From positions 17,416 to 81,415 of the forward strand of contig CALVTO010000001.1 in NCBI GenBank assembly GCA_944362705.1: a stretch of 64,000 nt of DNA, in the 5' to 3' direction. Shown in pieces: positions 19,266 to 28,988 of the stretch. Source of the DNA: an uncultured Clostridia bacterium. Lineage in GTDB: Bacteria; Bacillota; Clostridia; Christensenellales; UBA1242. The position numbers were made by a program, and so were the translations under genes. Below the pieces are notes generated by a model. The model saw only the letters and a program-made list of their open reading frames with translations. It made no database searches and was not told where the DNA came from. The first letter of the stretch is position 1; each line of letters begins with the position of its first letter.

Positions 19266-19994
19266 ATGATATTTGCAAATTTTAAAACTATGATGCGTAT
19301 AGAAGATGTTGCATTCTATTTTTCAGAATTAAAAAAACAATTAAACAATGAGAATAGCCATGTTGTGTTTTTCCCTTCCTTTACGCATTTGCCGTATGTG
19401 CAACATCATTTGGCAGATACAAACTGGGCTTTAGGGGCGCAAAATATGGCAGACGATGTAGTACCTAATTACACGGGTGAAATTACTGCAGAGTTATTAA
19501 AAGAGCAAGGGGTAAAGTATGTATTGTTAGGGCACGCAGAGCGCCGTTTGCGCTGCAAAGAAACCAATGCGGTTGTAAGAAAAAAAGTAGAAGTTGCACT
19601 GCAACAAAAATTACAGCCTGTTGTGTGCATTGGTGAGGGTTTGTCTTGTAAACTTGCAGGGCGTACGCAAGCGTTTTTAAGGCGTCAAATTTCCGCCATT
19701 TGCAAGGGGTTGCAAGAAAGCTGTGAAATTATTTGGGCATACGAGCCTATTTATGCTATAGGTGCAAAAACCAGCCCTAAACAAGAAGATATTGCTTTGG
19801 CGGTGCGTTATATACAACGTTGCATGGCGAAATATAAAAATAAATCTTATAAAATACTATATGGGGGAAGTGTATCTGCTTCTACGGCGCATGAAATTTT
19901 GCAAATACAAGGGGTTGACGGTCTTTTGTTGGGTAGAGCAGGAACAAAAGTAGAAGAACTTGTTTCTATTGTGAGGGCATATGAAAGCAAATAA
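19266..19994 (+). CDS. tpiA: Triosephosphate isomerase (divergent)
   Basis: ANFKT, LLGHAERR, WAYEPIYAIG and YGGSV. Confidence 0.85.
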   Translation: MIFANFKTMMRIEDVAFYFSELKKQLNNENSHVVFFPSFTHLPYVQHHLADTNWALGAQNMADDVVPNYTGEITAELLKEQGVKYVLLGHAERRLRCKETNAVVRKKVEVALQQKLQPVVCIGEGLSCKLAGRTQAFLRRQISAICKGLQESCEIIWAYEPIYAIGAKTSPKQEDIALAVRYIQRCMAKYKNKSYKILYGGSVSASTAHEILQIQGVDGLLLGRAGTKVEELVSIVRAYESK

Positions 19995-21510
19995 ACAAAC
20001 AATGTTACTTATTATGGATGGGTTTGGTATACCTACACATCCGGAAAGAAGTGCAATTACGGAGCAGAATACCAAGTATTTACAAGCATTATGTCAAAAG
20101 TTTCCGCATACAACACTAGCAGCAAGCGGACCAGCGGTTGGATTGCCAGAAGGGCAGGCTGGAACAAGCGATGTAGGGCACTTAACCATAGGAACAGGCC
20201 GTGTAAACGACCAGCCTTTGGTGCGAGTAGATAAAGCTATTTCTACGGGCGACTTTTTTCAAAATAAGGTTTTGTTACAGGCGATGAAGCGTGCGAAACA
20301 AAAAAATACAACATTGCACTTATTGGGTTTGCCAACCGATGGCGGTGTACATGGGCATATACGGCATTTGTTTGCTTTATTAGATATGGCAAAACAGCAA
20401 AACGTACCGCATGTGGTTTTACATATATTTGCCGATGGTAGAGATGTGCCACCCAAAAGCATGCAAACGTATATTCATGCGATACAAGACAAAATAACTC
20501 AGGTTGGGGTGGGAACCATTGCCACGGTTATGGGCAGGTTTTACGCGCTTGATAGAGATAATAACTGGGACAGATTACAAATAGCCATCGAAGCAATGGT
20601 GCAAGGTAAAGGCGTACGGTGCGATGATATTGACAAAGCAATTATGGAGCAATATGCACAAAATATTACAGATGAATTTTTAAAACCTATTATTTGTACG
20701 CACAACGAAAAAGACTTTATTCATGCAAATGATGAAGTTATTATATACAATTACCGTTCCGATAGAGAGCGTCAGCTTTCTAAGGCGCTTATGCATGCAA
20801 AAGAATTGCATGTATTACAGCAAGATATTGGGTGTGTGGTAACCACAATGATGAATTACGATATAGAACAAACCGATGTGCATGTGGCGTTTGAACCTTT
20901 AAATACTAAAAATACGCTGGCAGAAGTTTTAAGTAACCGTGGGTATACACAATTAAAAGTTGCCGAAACAGAAAAATATGCTTATGTTACCTTTGCAATG
21001 AATGCAGGAAGAAAGGAAGCATTTTTAAATGAAGAAAGAATACTTGTACGCTCGAAAAAACTTCCTAAGTACGATGTTTTACCACAAATGGGTGCGTATG
21101 AAATTACTAAGCAAGTGTTGCAAGCATTGAAAGAAAAAGAATACGATGTTATTGTTATCAATTTTGCAAACTGTGATATGGTGGGACATTCGGGTAATAA
21201 ACAGGCAGCTTGGGAAGCGGTAAAAGTGGTAGATGAATGTGTGCATACATTAACGGAGTATATGTTACATAAACACGCGCGTGTTCTTATTACGGCTGAC
21301 CATGGAAATAGCGATGAAATGGTATACGAAAATGGTAGCCCTAACACAGCACACACAACAGCACTTGTCCCTTTTATTTTGGTAGATGAAGATTGTAAAA
21401 GTTGCGTATTGCGAAAGGGGACTTTGGCAGATGTTGCGCCAACATTATTAGATTGCTTAAACGAAGAAAAACCGAAAGAAATGACGGGCGCTTCGCTTAT
21501 TGTACATTGA
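19981..21510 (+). CDS. gpmI: 2,3-bisphosphoglycerate-independent phosphoglycerate mutase
   Basis: LLIMDGFG, TSDVGHLTIGTGR, NFANCDMVGHSG and ITADHGN. Confidence 0.95.
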   Translation: MKANKQTMLLIMDGFGIPTHPERSAITEQNTKYLQALCQKFPHTTLAASGPAVGLPEGQAGTSDVGHLTIGTGRVNDQPLVRVDKAISTGDFFQNKVLLQAMKRAKQKNTTLHLLGLPTDGGVHGHIRHLFALLDMAKQQNVPHVVLHIFADGRDVPPKSMQTYIHAIQDKITQVGVGTIATVMGRFYALDRDNNWDRLQIAIEAMVQGKGVRCDDIDKAIMEQYAQNITDEFLKPIICTHNEKDFIHANDEVIIYNYRSDRERQLSKALMHAKELHVLQQDIGCVVTTMMNYDIEQTDVHVAFEPLNTKNTLAEVLSNRGYTQLKVAETEKYAYVTFAMNAGRKEAFLNEERILVRSKKLPKYDVLPQMGAYEITKQVLQALKEKEYDVIVINFANCDMVGHSGNKQAAWEAVKVVDECVHTLTEYMLHKHARVLITADHGNSDEMVYENGSPNTAHTTALVPFILVDEDCKSCVLRKGTLADVAPTLLDCLNEEKPKEMTGASLIVH

Positions 21511-21553
21511 CAAGAACGAGTTTGTTTGTTATACTAAGCAAAAGAGGTGTGTT

Positions 21554-21787
21554 ATGGTTTTATCTACAATGGTTTCTATATTAGCGCAAACGGTAAAAGA
21601 AAAACAGTTAACTATTTTAAATATTGCTATTTTGGCGTTTGTATTTTTCATTTTTTTATTAAGTGTTATTATTCATTCAAAAACAAAGAGTTCTAGCATT
21701 GTTACAAGTACTTGGGCAAAAGTTATTTGTGTTATCTTTTTTGTTTTGGCCGTTGCGTTTTTAATTATTATTCTTACGACAAAATGA
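21554..21787 (+). CDS. Small membrane protein
   Basis: AAGAGGTG RBS before the ATG at 21554. Two TM helices. Confidence 0.45.
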   Translation: MVLSTMVSILAQTVKEKQLTILNIAILAFVFFIFLLSVIIHSKTKSSSIVTSTWAKVICVIFFVLAVAFLIIILTTK

Positions 21788-21876
21788 TAGATAAAACTTG
21801 CATTTGTTTTATAAAACTATTTGCTAAATATAAAAATCTATGCTAAACTTGTAACGATTTTAAAGGAGATAAAGGT

Positions 21877-22203
21877 ATGCAATTATTTCAAAACATTCTT
21901 TTGGCAACAGACACAGATACGCCCGTAGCTGAATGGATTACAACAACCGTTCCTATTGTAAAAATAGTTTTAAGTTGTATTATTGCTATTTTGGCTATTT
22001 TAATGGTTGTTGCTGTGATTGCGCAAAAAGGTGATACGAATGGTATTCAGGGTGTAACTGGTGAAGCAGATACATTTTACAACCGTAATAAAGGGCAATC
22101 TTTACAAGGTAAAATGAAAAAACTAACGGTTGCTGTTGCAGTATTACTTTTGGTTTTTTGTATTACATTTTTAATTATCAACAGCGTATATCCTGGAATT
22201 TAA
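21877..22203 (+). CDS. secG: Preprotein translocase subunit SecG (extended N-terminus)
   Basis: AAGGAG RBS. The pattern is TM, then AQKGDTNGIQGVTG..., then a second TM. The position after the glycolytic genes is as in other Firmicutes. Confidence 0.55.
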   Translation: MQLFQNILLATDTDTPVAEWITTTVPIVKIVLSCIIAILAILMVVAVIAQKGDTNGIQGVTGEADTFYNRNKGQSLQGKMKKLTVAVAVLLLVFCITFLIINSVYPGI

Positions 22204-22228
22204 AAATTGGCGTTTGCCAATTTTTTTT
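22202..22228 (+). terminator. Rho-independent terminator
   Basis: Stem AATTGGC/GCCAATT followed by T8. Confidence 0.75.
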
Positions 22229-22285
22229 GTATAATCTAATAAAATTTGGCCATACTAAGTATAAAATAAGAAAGGAGAAATATGT

Positions 22286-22492
22286 ATGGCTATAGCAACA
22301 CTTATTGCACTTATTTTAACCATTATTGGCGCCTTAAATTGGCTTTTAGTGGGTATTTTTAGTTTTAACCTTGTTACCTGGATTTTTGGCGTTGGCGTTG
22401 TTGCTCGCATTATATTTAGTCTTGTAGGTTTAGCCGGAATTTGGTTAATTATTATGCTTATTTTAGGTCGTGGGAAATTAAGCAAAATGTAG
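22286..22492 (+). CDS. DUF378 (YuzA-like) small membrane protein
   Basis: IIGALNWLLVGIFSFNLVTW matches the DUF378 core. Confidence 0.7.
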   Translation: MAIATLIALILTIIGALNWLLVGIFSFNLVTWIFGVGVVARIIFSLVGLAGIWLIIMLILGRGKLSKM

Positions 22493-22495
22493 TGC

Positions 22496-22518
22496 GCGGG
22501 CGGATGCCCGCTTTTTTT
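22496..22518 (+). terminator. Rho-independent terminator
   Basis: Stem GCGGGC/GCCCGC followed by T7. Confidence 0.8.
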
Positions 22519-22573
22519 ATAAAGTGTTTGCTAAATGTTGCGCTTTTGTATATACTTACAATAGTGAGGTTTT

Positions 22574-24343
22574 ATGCAGACAATACAAAATGTTTCTTAT
22601 AAATGGAATATAACAGATATTTTTGCTACGGAAGAAAAATTTACAGAAGCTATACAAGCGCTAGAAAATTTGTCGGAAGAAATTGCTGGGTTGCAACATA
22701 CGTTACATACGCCAGAGGCTTTACTTGTGTATTTGCAAAAAAATGACATTTTTCAGGTGCTTTCTCAAAAGGTATATGCCTATGCGAGCTGTTTTTTAAA
22801 CACAAATGGAGAGAACAAGCATGCTTATGTTTTGCAAAGTCAAGTAGATGCCTTATTTGAAAAGGTAAACGTGCAATTGTCTTTTGTTGAACCAGAAATT
22901 TTAAAAAATTCAGTATCGTTTTTTCGTTCGTTATTAAAAGATGCACGTTTTGCAAACTATGATAAGGTTATTAAAGATTATATTGCGTTAAAACCGCATA
23001 CACTTTCTCAAGAACAAGCGCAAACTTTATCTCATTTTGCGGGGACTATGGTTTCTGAAGACGTGCAATCGTTATTAACCGATGTGGAAATTTCTTACCC
23101 TTCTATGTGGATTCGCGGTAAGAAAACAACAATTACGTCTGGCAATATTTCAAAATTATTATTAGATAAAAGCCGACGTGTACGTATGCGTGCTAATGAT
23201 TTATACAAAAAAAGCATTAAACAGTTTGAAAGAACTTTAGGCGCCAGTTACATTGCTTCTGTAAAAAACGATGTGGCTAGTGCGCGTATTGAACATTTTA
23301 AAACAACTCTACAAGCGAAACTTTTTTACAGTGAGTTGCCAGAAAGCGTATATACTTCTTTAAAGCAATCGGTGCAAGAAAACAAGCAAGTGCTTCAAAA
23401 CTTTTTTACATTATTTCAAAAAAAAGTAAAGGGAAGCGTGTTATATGCTCATGATGTGTATGCAAATACACTTTCTCGCTGGGGGAAAGACGAATTTACG
23501 TATGAACAAGCTAAGGCGCTTGTAAAACAGGCTTTATCTATTTTAGGGCCAACCTATATGTCTTATGTGCAACAAGCTTTTGATGCATCTTGGATAGATG
23601 TATTTCCTAAAAAGGCAAAACATAGTGGTGGGTATTGTTTAAGCGTGCGCGATGTGCACCCATTTATACTTTTAAATTTTAATGGAAGGTTTGACGATGT
23701 TTCTACCATAGCGCATGAAATGGGTCATGCGGTGCATGCTTGTTTGTCTGAAAAGGCGCAACCTGTGGCGAAAGATGGCCATACACTTTTAACAGCTGAA
23801 ACAGCAAGTATCACCAATGAATTGCTACTAACTTTGTATTGTATAGATACAACAAGTAACCAAGAAGAAAAGAAATTTTTAATTGAGCGCATTTTAAAAG
23901 AAATGTTTTCAACATTATATACACAAATGATGTATTCGGCATTTGAAGAATCGGTGCATACAATGATAGAAAACGGACAACCTGTAAACTACGAAACGCT
24001 AAATCAGGAATTTAAAAAAGCATATGAAGATATGTTTTCGCCAGCGCTTACCATAGAGCCTTTTGGAGAAGTGAAATGGGCATACATACCGCACTTTTAC
24101 AGTGCATATTATGTATTTAACTACGCACTAGGGTTTTTAAGTGCTTTAACCATTGCTCGAAAATTGCGCACACAACCCGATTTTGTACCTTTATATATTG
24201 CGTTTTTATCGTCTGGTGAAAGCACACCGCCGTTACAAATGTTTGAAAAGCTGGGGATTTCCTTGCAAGACGCACATTGTTTTGATGAAGCGTATGAAGA
24301 ATGCAAGCGTTTGCTTAAACTTTTGCAAGAGGAGGGTGCGTAA
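22574..24343 (+). CDS. pepF: Oligoendopeptidase F (M3B)
   Basis: HEMGHAVH zinc motif. Length and overall pattern fit PepF. Confidence 0.85.
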   Translation: MQTIQNVSYKWNITDIFATEEKFTEAIQALENLSEEIAGLQHTLHTPEALLVYLQKNDIFQVLSQKVYAYASCFLNTNGENKHAYVLQSQVDALFEKVNVQLSFVEPEILKNSVSFFRSLLKDARFANYDKVIKDYIALKPHTLSQEQAQTLSHFAGTMVSEDVQSLLTDVEISYPSMWIRGKKTTITSGNISKLLLDKSRRVRMRANDLYKKSIKQFERTLGASYIASVKNDVASARIEHFKTTLQAKLFYSELPESVYTSLKQSVQENKQVLQNFFTLFQKKVKGSVLYAHDVYANTLSRWGKDEFTYEQAKALVKQALSILGPTYMSYVQQAFDASWIDVFPKKAKHSGGYCLSVRDVHPFILLNFNGRFDDVSTIAHEMGHAVHACLSEKAQPVAKDGHTLLTAETASITNELLLTLYCIDTTSNQEEKKFLIERILKEMFSTLYTQMMYSAFEESVHTMIENGQPVNYETLNQEFKKAYEDMFSPALTIEPFGEVKWAYIPHFYSAYYVFNYALGFLSALTIARKLRTQPDFVPLYIAFLSSGESTPPLQMFEKLGISLQDAHCFDEAYEECKRLLKLLQEEGA

Positions 24344-24898
24344 ATGTTGGTGTTAATTAGTGGTGTTTCTGGCGCTGGCAAAACAACTTTAATTCGGCAG
24401 GTGTTAAAAAAGCATAAAGATTACGCATATTTACCTTCTTACACTACGCGCAAAAAACGCGCAGGTGAGGTAGATGGTAACCCTTATTATTTTGTGAGTG
24501 AAGAAGAATTTCAAAAAGAACAACAAAAAGGCATGTTTTTAGAATGGTGTGAAGTACATAAAGGTATTTTTTATGGAACGCATAAAAAGGTGTACGAGAC
24601 TTACGCGCAACGCTATCCTGTTCTTATAACGGATATTGATGTTGTTGGAATGCAGGCACTAAAAGGGCAAAAAGAACTAGATTGCGTGACTGTGTTTATA
24701 ACGGTAGAAAATGAACAGCAGTTGCGTGAAAGGTTGATAAAACGTGGAGAAAAACAAATAGAACAGCGCTTAGCACGTGCAAGCTTTGAAATAGAGCATA
24801 TGCATTTATACGATTATGTAATTGTAAATACAAAGATTGATGTTGCGGGTAAAGAATTAGAAGAAATCATAAAAAAAGAATTACAAAGGAGAAAATAA
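24344..24898 (+). CDS. gmk: Guanylate kinase
   Basis: GVSGAGKTTL and SYTTRKKRAGEVDGNPYYFVS. Confidence 0.9.
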   Translation: MLVLISGVSGAGKTTLIRQVLKKHKDYAYLPSYTTRKKRAGEVDGNPYYFVSEEEFQKEQQKGMFLEWCEVHKGIFYGTHKKVYETYAQRYPVLITDIDVVGMQALKGQKELDCVTVFITVENEQQLRERLIKRGEKQIEQRLARASFEIEHMHLYDYVIVNTKIDVAGKELEEIIKKELQRRK

Positions 24899-24899
24899 A

Positions 24900-25304
24900 A
24901 TGGAAAAAACGTATGTTATGTTAAAACCAGATGCTATTCAAAGAAAACTTATAGGACAAATTCTTACGCGTATAGAACGTAAGGGTTTGCAAATTGAAAA
25001 TGTGAAAATGTTTACACTAAATGAAACTATATTAAAAGAACACTATGCGCATTTAAAGGATAAACCTTTTTTCCCTGAAATTGTAGAATATATGACCAGT
25101 GGCCCTGTGGTAGGCATGATTGTTAGCGGTGCGAATGCTGTGGCTGCTATGCGTAAAATTTTGGGCGCAACAAACCCATTAGAAGCCGAAGTTGGTACCA
25201 TTCGTGGGGATTTTGCATTAGAAACGAGATATAATTTGGTGCATGCGTCTGATAGTGTAGAAAACGCACAAATTGAAATAGAGAGATTTTTTGGAACATG
25301 CTAA
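24900..25304 (+). CDS. ndk: Nucleoside-diphosphate kinase
   Basis: YVMLKPDA, GTIRGDFA and NLVHASDS. Confidence 0.9.
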   Translation: MEKTYVMLKPDAIQRKLIGQILTRIERKGLQIENVKMFTLNETILKEHYAHLKDKPFFPEIVEYMTSGPVVGMIVSGANAVAAMRKILGATNPLEAEVGTIRGDFALETRYNLVHASDSVENAQIEIERFFGTC

Positions 25305-26209
25305 CTGATAAATGGCTTGTTATATATAACCCCGATGCAGGCAAAGGGAAAGGGCAAAAAATTGCGCAAACTTTGTCGCGTTTTATGCGTGCCAAAGGAG
25401 CACAAAATATCATTCTTTTTGAAGCCGTTACGCCACAATATGTGAAAGATTATGTAAAAGAAGTTGCTTCATTGCAAGAACCATTTTCATGTTTGGTTAT
25501 AGGTGGAGATGGAACGCTTGGTACGGTGGTAGATGCAGTGGCTTCTGCACATGCATCATGTGCCATTGCTGTGTATCCTGCGGGCACAGCAAACGACTTT
25601 GCAACGAGTTGTAAAGTTCCTAAAAGAAAAAGAGCATTTGTTCGATTTTTAGAGTCTACAACGCCACAAAGCACCGATATTATGTGCGTGAATGGTAAAT
25701 ATATGATTCACGCATTAGGCGTTGGTAATTTTACCAATGGCGCAGTGGTGTATAGCCAACATCTTAAAAAGTGGTTAGGCAAGCTTGGGTATTATGCAAA
25801 GTGTTTAAAAGATGCTTCCACTATGAAAAGTGCATATGTAAGCGTGCATATAGATGATAAAATTTATTCAGGCAATTATTTTTTCTTTTATATTGTCAAC
25901 GCGCCTGTTGCGGGTGGGTTTCGTAAATTTGCACCCGAAGCGCAGGCCAACGATGGGTATTTTGATTTTATAGGATTTAAAGCTTGTAAATTCACCGAAT
26001 TTACCGAAATCTTTTTAAAACTGCTTTCTGGAAAGCATATTCAACATAAAAAAGTGGTATATGTAAAAGGTAAAGTGTTTAATATCTCTACGCAAACCAA
26101 AAACCCTAGATTTCAAGTAAGCGATATAGATGGTAATGTAGGTGCAAGTTTGCCATTGCATGCAGAAGTGGTGCATAAGCCACTAAAAATTTATAGAAAC
26201 ATAAACTAA
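25298..26209 (+). CDS. Diacylglycerol/lipid kinase (YegS/DagK family)
   Basis: NPDAGKGKG and VIGGDGTLGTVVD. Confidence 0.8.
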   Translation: MLTDKWLVIYNPDAGKGKGQKIAQTLSRFMRAKGAQNIILFEAVTPQYVKDYVKEVASLQEPFSCLVIGGDGTLGTVVDAVASAHASCAIAVYPAGTANDFATSCKVPKRKRAFVRFLESTTPQSTDIMCVNGKYMIHALGVGNFTNGAVVYSQHLKKWLGKLGYYAKCLKDASTMKSAYVSVHIDDKIYSGNYFFFYIVNAPVAGGFRKFAPEAQANDGYFDFIGFKACKFTEFTEIFLKLLSGKHIQHKKVVYVKGKVFNISTQTKNPRFQVSDIDGNVGASLPLHAEVVHKPLKIYRNIN

Positions 26210-26229
26210 ACGCCTAAGGGCGTTTTTTT
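26209..26229 (+). terminator. Rho-independent terminator
   Basis: Stem AACGCC/GGCGTT followed by T7. Confidence 0.7.
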
Positions 26230-26261
26230 ATTTGTTTTTTCATTACATAAAGTAAAAATTG

Positions 26262-26339
26262 TGTTATTAAAATATAACAAAATATATTTAAAACGTAAAA
26301 TGAAAATGTTGCATTCTTGCAATGTTATTAAAATATAAC
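26262..26339. repeat. Two identical 17-nt direct repeats TGTTATTAAAATATAAC (26262-26278 and 26323-26339), 61 nt apart
   Basis: Read directly. Each has GTTAT/ATAAC inverted arms. ATATAAC recurs further on near 26368 and 26528. Confidence 0.8.
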
Positions 26340-26462
26340 TATATAATTATAAGAGTAGAACTATATGGTTTTAATAATATAACTATAGAAAAAATTTTTA
26401 AAATTTTTTTTAAAAATGCATGTTTTTTTATTTGCAATCTTTAAAAGGGTATGCTAGCATAT

Positions 26463-26510
26463 ACACAAGATGTTGTGTGAAACAGCTAATGAAAACACAA
26501 TATCTTGTAT
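26463..26510 (+). promoter_or_regulatory. Tandem NrdR boxes: ACACAAGATGTTGTGT (26463-26478) and ACACAATATCTTGTAT (26495-26510)
   Basis: Each differs at 2 positions from the 16-bp NrdR palindrome acaCwAtATaTwGtgt. The start-to-start spacing is 32 bp. Box 2 overlaps a TATAAT at 26508-26513 upstream of nrdD. Confidence 0.7.
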
Positions 26511-26615
26511 AATATATAGTTACAAGAATATAACAAAAATATTACGTTGTGCTATATAGCAACATTTGTAACCGGTAAAAATGTTGCGCATGAAAATAAC
26601 TAAGGAGCGAAGAAC

Positions 26616-28988
26616 ATGTTAACAAAAATTATTAAACGAGATGGAAGAATTGTAGATTACGATATCTCAAAAATTGAAAATGCAATATGCAAAGCTATGA
26701 TGAGTTTAGGCGATGGTGAAATTAAAGATTGCAAAAAATTGGCAAAACTAACGGAGTTGGAATTGTTAGACAATTTTGACAATAAATTGCCATCGGTTGA
26801 AGATATTCAAGATATTGTAGAAAAAGTTTTAATGCGTAATGGCCAAGAAAGTGTTGCAAAGTCATATATTTTATACAGAAAAAGCCATGAAAAAATAAGA
26901 AACATTTCTAACACGTTAATGGATTACAAAAATACCATGGATAAATACCTAAAACTTGCCGATTGGCGTGTTAAAGAAAACTCTACGGTTACGTATTCTG
27001 TGGGTGGGTTAATTCTTTCTAACTCTGGCGCAATGACAGCTAATTACTGGCTAAGCGAAGTGTATGACCAAGAAATTGCTAATGCTCATAAAAACGCAGA
27101 TATTCACATTCACGACCTTTCTATGTTAACAGGGTATTGTGCGGGTTGGTCTTTAAAACAACTGATTCGTGAAGGGTTAGGTGGTGTGCCTGGTAAAATT
27201 AGTTCATCTCCGGCTTCACACCTTTCTACGCTTTGCAACCAAATGGTAAACTTTTTGGGTATTATGCAAAACGAATGGGCAGGGGCACAAGCGTTTTCTT
27301 CGTTTGATACGTACTTAGCTCCGTTTGTTAAGGTAGATAACCTTGATTACAAACAAGTAAAACAATGTATTCAATCGTTTGTATACGGTGTAAATACGCC
27401 AAGCCGTTGGGGTACACAGGCTCCATTTACCAACATTACACTAGATTGGGTTGTGCCTAACGATTTAGCAGAACTTCCTGCGATTGTTGGTGGCAAAGAC
27501 ATGGACTTTAAATATAAAGATTGCAAAAAAGAAATGGATATGATTAACAAAGCCTTTATTGAAATTATGATTGAAGGCGATGCAAATGGTCGCGGTTTCC
27601 AATATCCAATTCCTACATATTCCATTACACGTGATTTTGACTGGTCGGATACAGAAAATAACCGCTTGTTGTTTGAAATGACCACGAAATATGGTACGCC
27701 ATATTTTTCAAACTATATTAACAGCGATATGGAACCAAGTGATGTTCGCAGTATGTGTTGCCGTTTACGTTTAGACTTGCGTGAACTTCGTAAAAAGAGT
27801 GGCGGTTTCTTTGGTAGCGGTGAAAGCACGGGATCTGTGGGTGTAGTTACCATTAACATGCCAAGAATTGCTTACCTTTCTAAATCGGAAGAAGAATTTT
27901 TTAATCGTTTAGATAAAATGATGGATATTTCTGCACGTTCTTTAAAAATGAAACGTGAAACAATTACAACATTGTTAGAAAACGGGTTATACCCTTACAC
28001 AAAACGTTATTTGGGTACTTTTAACAACCATTTTTCTACCATTGGTTTGGTCGGTATGAACGAAGCTTGCTTAAATGCAAACTGGTTAAGGGAAGACTTA
28101 ACACATGAAAGTGCACAAAAATTTACACAAAAAGTTTTAAATCACATGCGTGAAAAACTATCTGATTACCAAGAGATGTACGGCGATTTATATAACCTAG
28201 AAGCAACGCCTGCGGAATCTACATCGTATAGGTTAGCAAAACATGATAAAGAAAGATACCCAGATATTATTACGGCTAACGAAGGTAAAACTCCATATTA
28301 CACCAACAGTTCACACTTACCAGTAGGCTACACAGCAGATATTTTTGAAGCGTTAGATATTCAAGATGAATTACAAACGTTATATACATCTGGTACGGTT
28401 TTCCATGCTTTCTTAGGTCAAAGCCTAGAAGATTGGAAAGCTACAGCGAACTTGGTTCGCACCATTGCTGAAAACTACAAGCTTCCATATTACACAATGT
28501 CGCCAACGTATTCTATTTGTAAAAACCATGGATATTTACTTGGAGAACAACATATTTGTCCTATTTGTGGTGAAAAAACTGAAGTGTATAGCCGAATTAC
28601 GGGGTATTATCGTCCGGTTCAAAACTGGAATGATGGTAAAACGCAAGAATTTGCAGATAGAAAAGTGTACGATATTAAAAATTCCGTTTTAAAACACAAA
28701 GCTTGTGCATGTGGTGAAAAACAAGCAACGGTAACAGGTAAAGTAGCCAAAGAATCTAAAACGCCTATTCTATTTACAACAAAAACTTGCCCTAACTGCA
28801 AAATGGCAAAAATGATATTAAATAATGCGAAAGTTGTATATGAAATGATTGATGCAGAAGATGAAAAAGAAAAAACCGTAGCGTATGGCGTTAAAAAAGC
28901 ACCAACGTTATTGGTACCAAATGGCAATGGGTATGACGTATACGACAATGCTAGCGAAATTAAACGTTATGTAGAAGGTTTAAAATAA
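26616..28988 (+). CDS. nrdD: Anaerobic (class III) ribonucleoside-triphosphate reductase with an N-terminal ATP-cone and a fused C-terminal thioredoxin-fold domain
   Basis: ATP-cone KIIKRDGRIVDYD. The Zn ribbon is CKNHG...CPICG. The glycyl-radical motif is SRITGYYRPV, with Gly at 28602-28604. About 115 further residues include TKTCPNCKMAK. Confidence 0.9.
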   Translation: MLTKIIKRDGRIVDYDISKIENAICKAMMSLGDGEIKDCKKLAKLTELELLDNFDNKLPSVEDIQDIVEKVLMRNGQESVAKSYILYRKSHEKIRNISNTLMDYKNTMDKYLKLADWRVKENSTVTYSVGGLILSNSGAMTANYWLSEVYDQEIANAHKNADIHIHDLSMLTGYCAGWSLKQLIREGLGGVPGKISSSPASHLSTLCNQMVNFLGIMQNEWAGAQAFSSFDTYLAPFVKVDNLDYKQVKQCIQSFVYGVNTPSRWGTQAPFTNITLDWVVPNDLAELPAIVGGKDMDFKYKDCKKEMDMINKAFIEIMIEGDANGRGFQYPIPTYSITRDFDWSDTENNRLLFEMTTKYGTPYFSNYINSDMEPSDVRSMCCRLRLDLRELRKKSGGFFGSGESTGSVGVVTINMPRIAYLSKSEEEFFNRLDKMMDISARSLKMKRETITTLLENGLYPYTKRYLGTFNNHFSTIGLVGMNEACLNANWLREDLTHESAQKFTQKVLNHMREKLSDYQEMYGDLYNLEATPAESTSYRLAKHDKERYPDIITANEGKTPYYTNSSHLPVGYTADIFEALDIQDELQTLYTSGTVFHAFLGQSLEDWKATANLVRTIAENYKLPYYTMSPTYSICKNHGYLLGEQHICPICGEKTEVYSRITGYYRPVQNWNDGKTQEFADRKVYDIKNSVLKHKACACGEKQATVTGKVAKESKTPILFTTKTCPNCKMAKMILNNAKVVYEMIDAEDEKEKTVAYGVKKAPTLLVPNGNGYDVYDNASEIKRYVEGLK
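28758..28985 (+). other. Thioredoxin/glutaredoxin-like (NrdH-like) domain fused to the NrdD C-terminus, CPNC active site at 28788-28799
   Basis: PILFTTKTCPNCKMAK...KKAPTLLV shows the beta-alpha-beta layout, a CxxC motif and a cis-Pro position typical of the Trx fold. Confidence 0.7.

Noticed and set aside
26230-26460. A possible CRISPR array or mobile-element end in the repeat-rich AT tract upstream of nrdD.
   Set aside because: There are only two identical 17-mers plus short partial copies. There is no regular repeat-spacer periodicity, no cas genes and no transposase. A regulatory region is the better interpretation.
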